Shown: positions 35,946-39,545 of the stretch, piece after piece | How the letters are laid out: every line of letters starts with the position of its first letter | Numbering within the stretch: the stretch's first letter is position 1 | From: Pseudomonadota bacterium | Lineage (GTDB): Bacteria; Bdellovibrionota_F; JAHFAK01; JBDREC01 | Assembly: GCA_043820105.1 (NCBI GenBank) | Contig: JBDREC010000109.1 | Coordinates: forward strand, 1 to 39,545 | Reading direction: 5' to 3' | Length of the DNA: 39,545 bases | The notes under the pieces: model-generated | The model's database searches: none | The model's input: the letters and a program-made list of their open reading frames with translations, nothing else | What the model was told of the DNA's origin: nothing | Translations under genes and position numbers: made by a program

Positions 35946-36908
35946 ATGAGTTTAGACAGACGCGAATTCTTAAAATTACTAAGTACTTCAGCTATTGCTG
36001 TTGGTACTACTCCTCAATGGGCATTATATGCCAAACAAGCATTAAAGGATTTAAATTTACCAGTTATTTGGCTTCAAGGTCAATCTTGTTCTGGTTGCTC
36101 AGTGAGTATTCTCAATACTGTAAAACCTAATATTGCAGAAGTTTTAACAGAAGTTATTTCTTTAAAATTCCATCAAACAGTTATGACTGGAACAGGTGAT
36201 GTTGCTATTAAAGTAGCTGATGATGTAATTAAAGAATTAGATGGCGACTATGTATTAGTAGTTGAAGGATCTATTCCAGTTGGTGATACTGCTTCAGCAG
36301 CTACAATGGGCATGAAAGATGGTCATCACAGAACATTTGAAAGTTGGGTTAAAAAGGCAGCTAAAGATGCAAAAGCTATTTTAGCAGTTGGAACTTGCGC
36401 AGCATATGGCGGCATTCCAAAGGCTAAAGGAAATGAAACAAATGCAAAATCAGTTTCTGAAGTTGTTAAGCACAAAGCTCTTATCAATATACCAGGTTGC
36501 CCAAGTCATCCAGACTGGATAGTTGGAACAATCGCACATGTTCTTTTATATGGCATTCCAGCTCTTGATGATGAGTCAAGACCTAAAGTTTTCTTTGGCA
36601 ACACAATCCACGAATATTGTGAAAGAAGAGGCTTTTTTGATGATGGAGTATTCGCTTCAGATTTTTCAGGAGCTGAATGTTTATTTGAATTAGGCTGTAA
36701 GGGACCTATTGCTCATTGTGATACTTCAATTAGAAGCTGGAACAATGGCGTAAACTGGTGTGTTCAAGCAGGTTCTCCATGCATTGGCTGTACAGAACCT
36801 ACTTTCCCAGATCATGATGGCGAAGGTTTATATGCTACTTTAGACAAACAAGAAACAATGAAAATTGCTAAAAAAGTAAGCAAAAAACCTGTTAAGATAA
36901 CAGTTTAA
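35946..36908 (+). CDS. Periplasmic [NiFe] hydrogenase small subunit (group 1a/HysB-like)
   Basis: Tat signal DRREFLK, CSGC, VEGS, GTCAAYGG, PGCP, HEYC, CLFELGCKGP and WCVQAGSPCIGC. No C-terminal TM helix. Confidence 0.93.
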   Translation: MSLDRREFLKLLSTSAIAVGTTPQWALYAKQALKDLNLPVIWLQGQSCSGCSVSILNTVKPNIAEVLTEVISLKFHQTVMTGTGDVAIKVADDVIKELDGDYVLVVEGSIPVGDTASAATMGMKDGHHRTFESWVKKAAKDAKAILAVGTCAAYGGIPKAKGNETNAKSVSEVVKHKALINIPGCPSHPDWIVGTIAHVLLYGIPALDDESRPKVFFGNTIHEYCERRGFFDDGVFASDFSGAECLFELGCKGPIAHCDTSIRSWNNGVNWCVQAGSPCIGCTEPTFPDHDGEGLYATLDKQETMKIAKKVSKKPVKITV

Positions 36909-36943
36909 TTAACTCGATAAAATTAACTATTGGAGGTTAAAAT

Positions 36944-38500
36944 ATGTCAAGAATAGTAATAGACCCAATCAGCCGTATTGAAGGTCACTTAAAAATAGAG
37001 GTTGAAGTTAAAGATGGCAAAGTAGTAGACGCATGGGCAGCTGGCGAGATGTTCAGAGGCTTTGAACAAATACTTAAAGGCAGAAACCCTAATGACGCTC
37101 AAATGATTACACAAAGAATTTGCGGTGTTTGCCCAGCTAGTCACGCTCAAGCAGCTACTTTAAATCTAGATGACGCCTATGGGATTAAACCACCACACAA
37201 TGGTAGAGTTTTAAGAAATGTATTATTAGGTGCTAACTATATTCAATCACATATATTACATTTTTATCACTTAGCAGCACTTGACTTTGTAGATATTACA
37301 GCAATTCTACAATACAAAGGCAAAGACAAAAGATTACAAAAAGTTAAAGCATGGGCAGAAAACGAACTTGCTCATAAAAACAATGTTGCAGCAGTTGGAC
37401 CTTTTTTACCAAGATATGAAGGCGACTATATTAAAGACGTAGATCTCAACATAGCAGCAATTGATCATTATTTACAAGCACTAGACATGAGAATGAAAGC
37501 TCATGAACTATTTACAGTTTGGGGCGGAAAAATGCCTCATGGTATGGGCGTTGTACCAGGTGGTGCTACACAACAAGTTACAGCAGACAAAGTTGCAACT
37601 TCAATTTGGAGATTAAAAGAGCTTCAAGAATTCATTGACTCAGTATATATTCCAGATGTAGTAGCAGTTGCCAAAGCCTATCCAGAACATTTCTCAACAG
37701 GCGTTGGCTGCAAAAACCTACTATCATATGGTGTTTTTGAAGAAAACAGTTCTGGTTCTAAAAAATTATTAGCACCAGGAGTTTTCATTGATGGTAAAGC
37801 AGATGATTTTGATGCTAAACACATTAATGAACATGTTGAATATTCAAAATTTAAATCAGCAAGCGGCTTACACCCAGCTGATGGCGCTACAAAACCTGAT
37901 TACCATAAAGAAGGTGCTTATACATGGCTAAAAGCTCCTAGATACAAAGACAAAGCAATGGAAGTTGGACCACTGGCTAGAATGTTTGTTACACACGTTT
38001 TAGGCAAAAATCCAAAAGTATCAAAACTAGTTGGTGATACTTTAAAAGCTTTTAACGCTAAACCAGATGTACTCTTTTCTACTTTAGGTAGACATGCAGC
38101 TCGTGCTTTAGAAGCAAAAGTGGTAGCTGATAGAATGCAAGATTGGTTAAAAGAATTAAAACCTGGCAAACCAGTTCACACAAAATTTGAAATTCCTAGA
38201 ACAGGTAGAGGAATGGGTTTAACTGAAGCTCCAAGAGGCGCTTTAGGACACTGGGTTACAGTTAAAGATCAAAAGATTGATAACTATCAATGTGTAGTTC
38301 CAACAACTTGGAATGCAGGTCCAAGAGACAAAAACGGTGTTCAAGGACCAATTGAACAATCTTTAATCGGAACACCAGTTCCAGATGTAAAGAATCCTTT
38401 ACATGTTGCTAGAATTGTAAGATCATTCGATCCATGTATTGCATGTGCAGTGCACATCATTGATGAAAAAGAAAACATGGGCGAATATAGAATTGTTTAA
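36944..38500 (+). CDS. [NiFe] hydrogenase large subunit (group 1a/HysA-like, Cys not Sec)
   Basis: L1 RGFE...QRICGVCPASH; L2 RSFDPCIACAVH followed by a cleavable C-terminal tail. Confidence 0.95.
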   Translation: MSRIVIDPISRIEGHLKIEVEVKDGKVVDAWAAGEMFRGFEQILKGRNPNDAQMITQRICGVCPASHAQAATLNLDDAYGIKPPHNGRVLRNVLLGANYIQSHILHFYHLAALDFVDITAILQYKGKDKRLQKVKAWAENELAHKNNVAAVGPFLPRYEGDYIKDVDLNIAAIDHYLQALDMRMKAHELFTVWGGKMPHGMGVVPGGATQQVTADKVATSIWRLKELQEFIDSVYIPDVVAVAKAYPEHFSTGVGCKNLLSYGVFEENSSGSKKLLAPGVFIDGKADDFDAKHINEHVEYSKFKSASGLHPADGATKPDYHKEGAYTWLKAPRYKDKAMEVGPLARMFVTHVLGKNPKVSKLVGDTLKAFNAKPDVLFSTLGRHAARALEAKVVADRMQDWLKELKPGKPVHTKFEIPRTGRGMGLTEAPRGALGHWVTVKDQKIDNYQCVVPTTWNAGPRDKNGVQGPIEQSLIGTPVPDVKNPLHVARIVRSFDPCIACAVHIIDEKENMGEYRIV

Positions 38501-38516
38501 TTAGCTATTTATCTTT

Positions 38517-38566
38517 CAGCTCTCAGCTCAAGTCTTTATGACTTTGAGCTGAGATGCTGTTAGTTT
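38517..38566 (+). terminator. Hairpin (terminator or stabiliser) after the large subunit, built from AGCT heptamers
   Basis: CAGC-TCTCAGCTCAA-GTC...GAC-T-TTGAGCTGAGA-T-GCTG followed by TTAGTTTT. Confidence 0.65.
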
Positions 38567-38588
38567 TAGCCCATCTAAAAAAAGACTC

Positions 38589-39053
38589 ATGACAAAAAAT
38601 AAAAACATATTACTTTGTGGTGTTGGCAATATCCTTATGACTGATGAAGGTATTGGCGTTCATCTAATAAATGAAATTGAAAAACAAAATATTGTCCCAG
38701 AAAATGTTGAAATTATGGATGGCGGGACATTAGGTTTTGCCTTGATCCCATATTTTTGCAACAGAGAAAAACTAATCATTGTTGATGCTGTAAAAGTAAA
38801 AGGTGAAGAAGGTGAACTTTACCGATTCTGTCCAGACAATATAAAAGAATCAAAAGCTACCCCGATTTCCTTTCACGATTTAGGTATTCTTGATGTAATT
38901 AGAACCATGAAAATGCAAGATGCAAATGTTCCAAAAGAGATTGTGATTTTTGGAATAAATGTTAGAAATATGGATCTTGGAACTGAGCTTACTGAGACTA
39001 TAAAAAACAAAATAGAAGTTTATATCAAAGAGATTCTAAAAGAACTTGTTTAG
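38589..39053 (+). CDS. Hydrogenase maturation endopeptidase (HyaD/HybD family)
   Basis: GVGNILMTDEGIG, DGGT, IVDAV and SFHD. Confidence 0.95.
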   Translation: MTKNKNILLCGVGNILMTDEGIGVHLINEIEKQNIVPENVEIMDGGTLGFALIPYFCNREKLIIVDAVKVKGEEGELYRFCPDNIKESKATPISFHDLGILDVIRTMKMQDANVPKEIVIFGINVRNMDLGTELTETIKNKIEVYIKEILKELV

Positions 39054-39085
39054 AAACTCATTCAAGTTCGTCTTGCACTTTTTCC

Positions 39086-39143
39086 TGACAATTTTTGTCA
39101 TCATACTGATATCATTGCCAAATATCGTGACAATTTTTGTCAC
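39086..39143. promoter_or_regulatory. Two identical 15-bp palindromes TGACAATTTTTGTCA
   Basis: Copies at 39086-39100 and 39128-39142, 42 bp apart. Confidence 0.65.
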
Positions 39144-39218
39144 ATCTCTTAAAACCAGATGTTTAAATGGGAAGCAGCGTGTTGCAGAAACAATACATTC
39201 AATTCCGTGTGACGCCTT

Positions 39219-39431
39219 TTAATTAGGAATGCATCTATTTCCATTCCAATGATAATGTAATGGACACTTCTTTGCAACTGGTCCTGGCTTATTCAAAACA
39301 CATTTTCTTCCATTCCAATGTTTACCAGGAGCACAGCCCCTTTTAACTGGTCTAAAAAAACAGCTTGAAAAAACTAAACATAATATTAGTGAACCTAGAA
39401 TTAAATCCGTAGGAACTTTCTGGGATAATAT
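39219..39431 (-). pseudogene. Small Cys-repeat lipoprotein-like ORF lacking a canonical start
   Basis: Hand translation: ...DLILGSLILCLVFSSC-FFRPVKRG-CAPGKHWNGRKC-VLNKPGPVAKK-CPLHYHWNGNRC-IPN*. Confidence 0.6.
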
Positions 39432-39479
39432 TCAAGTATAAAGGTTCAATTGGTGCAAAAGATATAAAAACTAAAACAT

Positions 39480-39527
39480 AAAGCACATATTGAGGAGGAT
39501 GTACTCATCATCCTCAATATGTGCTTT
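39480..39527. other. Long hairpin (terminator or mobile-element end)
   Basis: AAAGCACATATTGAGGA / TCCTCAATATGTGCTTT is a perfect 17-bp stem, plus an inner GATG/CATC. Confidence 0.7.
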
Positions 39528-39545
39528 GCAAAAGTTATGTTCATG

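Noticed and set aside
384-38169. Numerous 60-153 aa antisense or alternate-frame ORFs in the track (e.g. 19944..20405, 21299..21727, 24165..24554)
   Set aside because: They are shadows of well-supported genes, with no motifs or RBS.
38435-38458. Hairpin ATGTGC-AGT-GCACAT just after the Sec-equivalent TGT of the hydrogenase, as a vestigial SECIS
   Set aside because: The loop is only about 12 nt from the codon (20 in fdhA), and the stem follows from the near-palindromic C-A-V-H codons.
10389-39143. CRISPR array interpretation of the various repeats
   Set aside because: No 23-50 bp repeats with regular unique spacers and no cas genes.

Overview
AT-rich bacterial (diderm, anaerobe-type) window. 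1-2.9 kb is a decayed accessory segment next to the 3' end of tRNA-Leu(TAA). It holds an AbiE-like regulator/nucleotidyltransferase pair, an internally deleted IS1380 and XRE genes. Next come a multi-PAS/GAF histidine kinase with NarL regulator and hydrolase, aspS, and a porin. 11.8-39 kb is a compact W/Mo-Se-Ni respiratory supercluster: Moco genes (moeA-moaA-moaC-MOSC), wtpABC plus a porin, an HTH_17-PBP regulator, selenocysteine formate dehydrogenase fdhAB (UGA read-through with SECIS), selC-selA-selB, mobA-fdhD-desulfurase, fdhE-[Trx/CxxCH/FMN protein]-DUF3343-selD-yedF, and a group 1a-like [NiFe] hydrogenase with protease. The most notable observations are: (1) selA is broken by a +1 frameshift at CCC_TAA inside a degenerate 7-bp tandem repeat (recoding, repeat switch or assembly error); (2) a secreted thioredoxin-CxxCH-FMN-binding fusion in the fdhE/selD operon; (3) FdhA looks like a Tat lipoprotein with no membrane subunit; (4) a porin embedded in the tungstate operon; (5) helically phased operator repeats. 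All product calls come from motif recognition by eye, without database searches.
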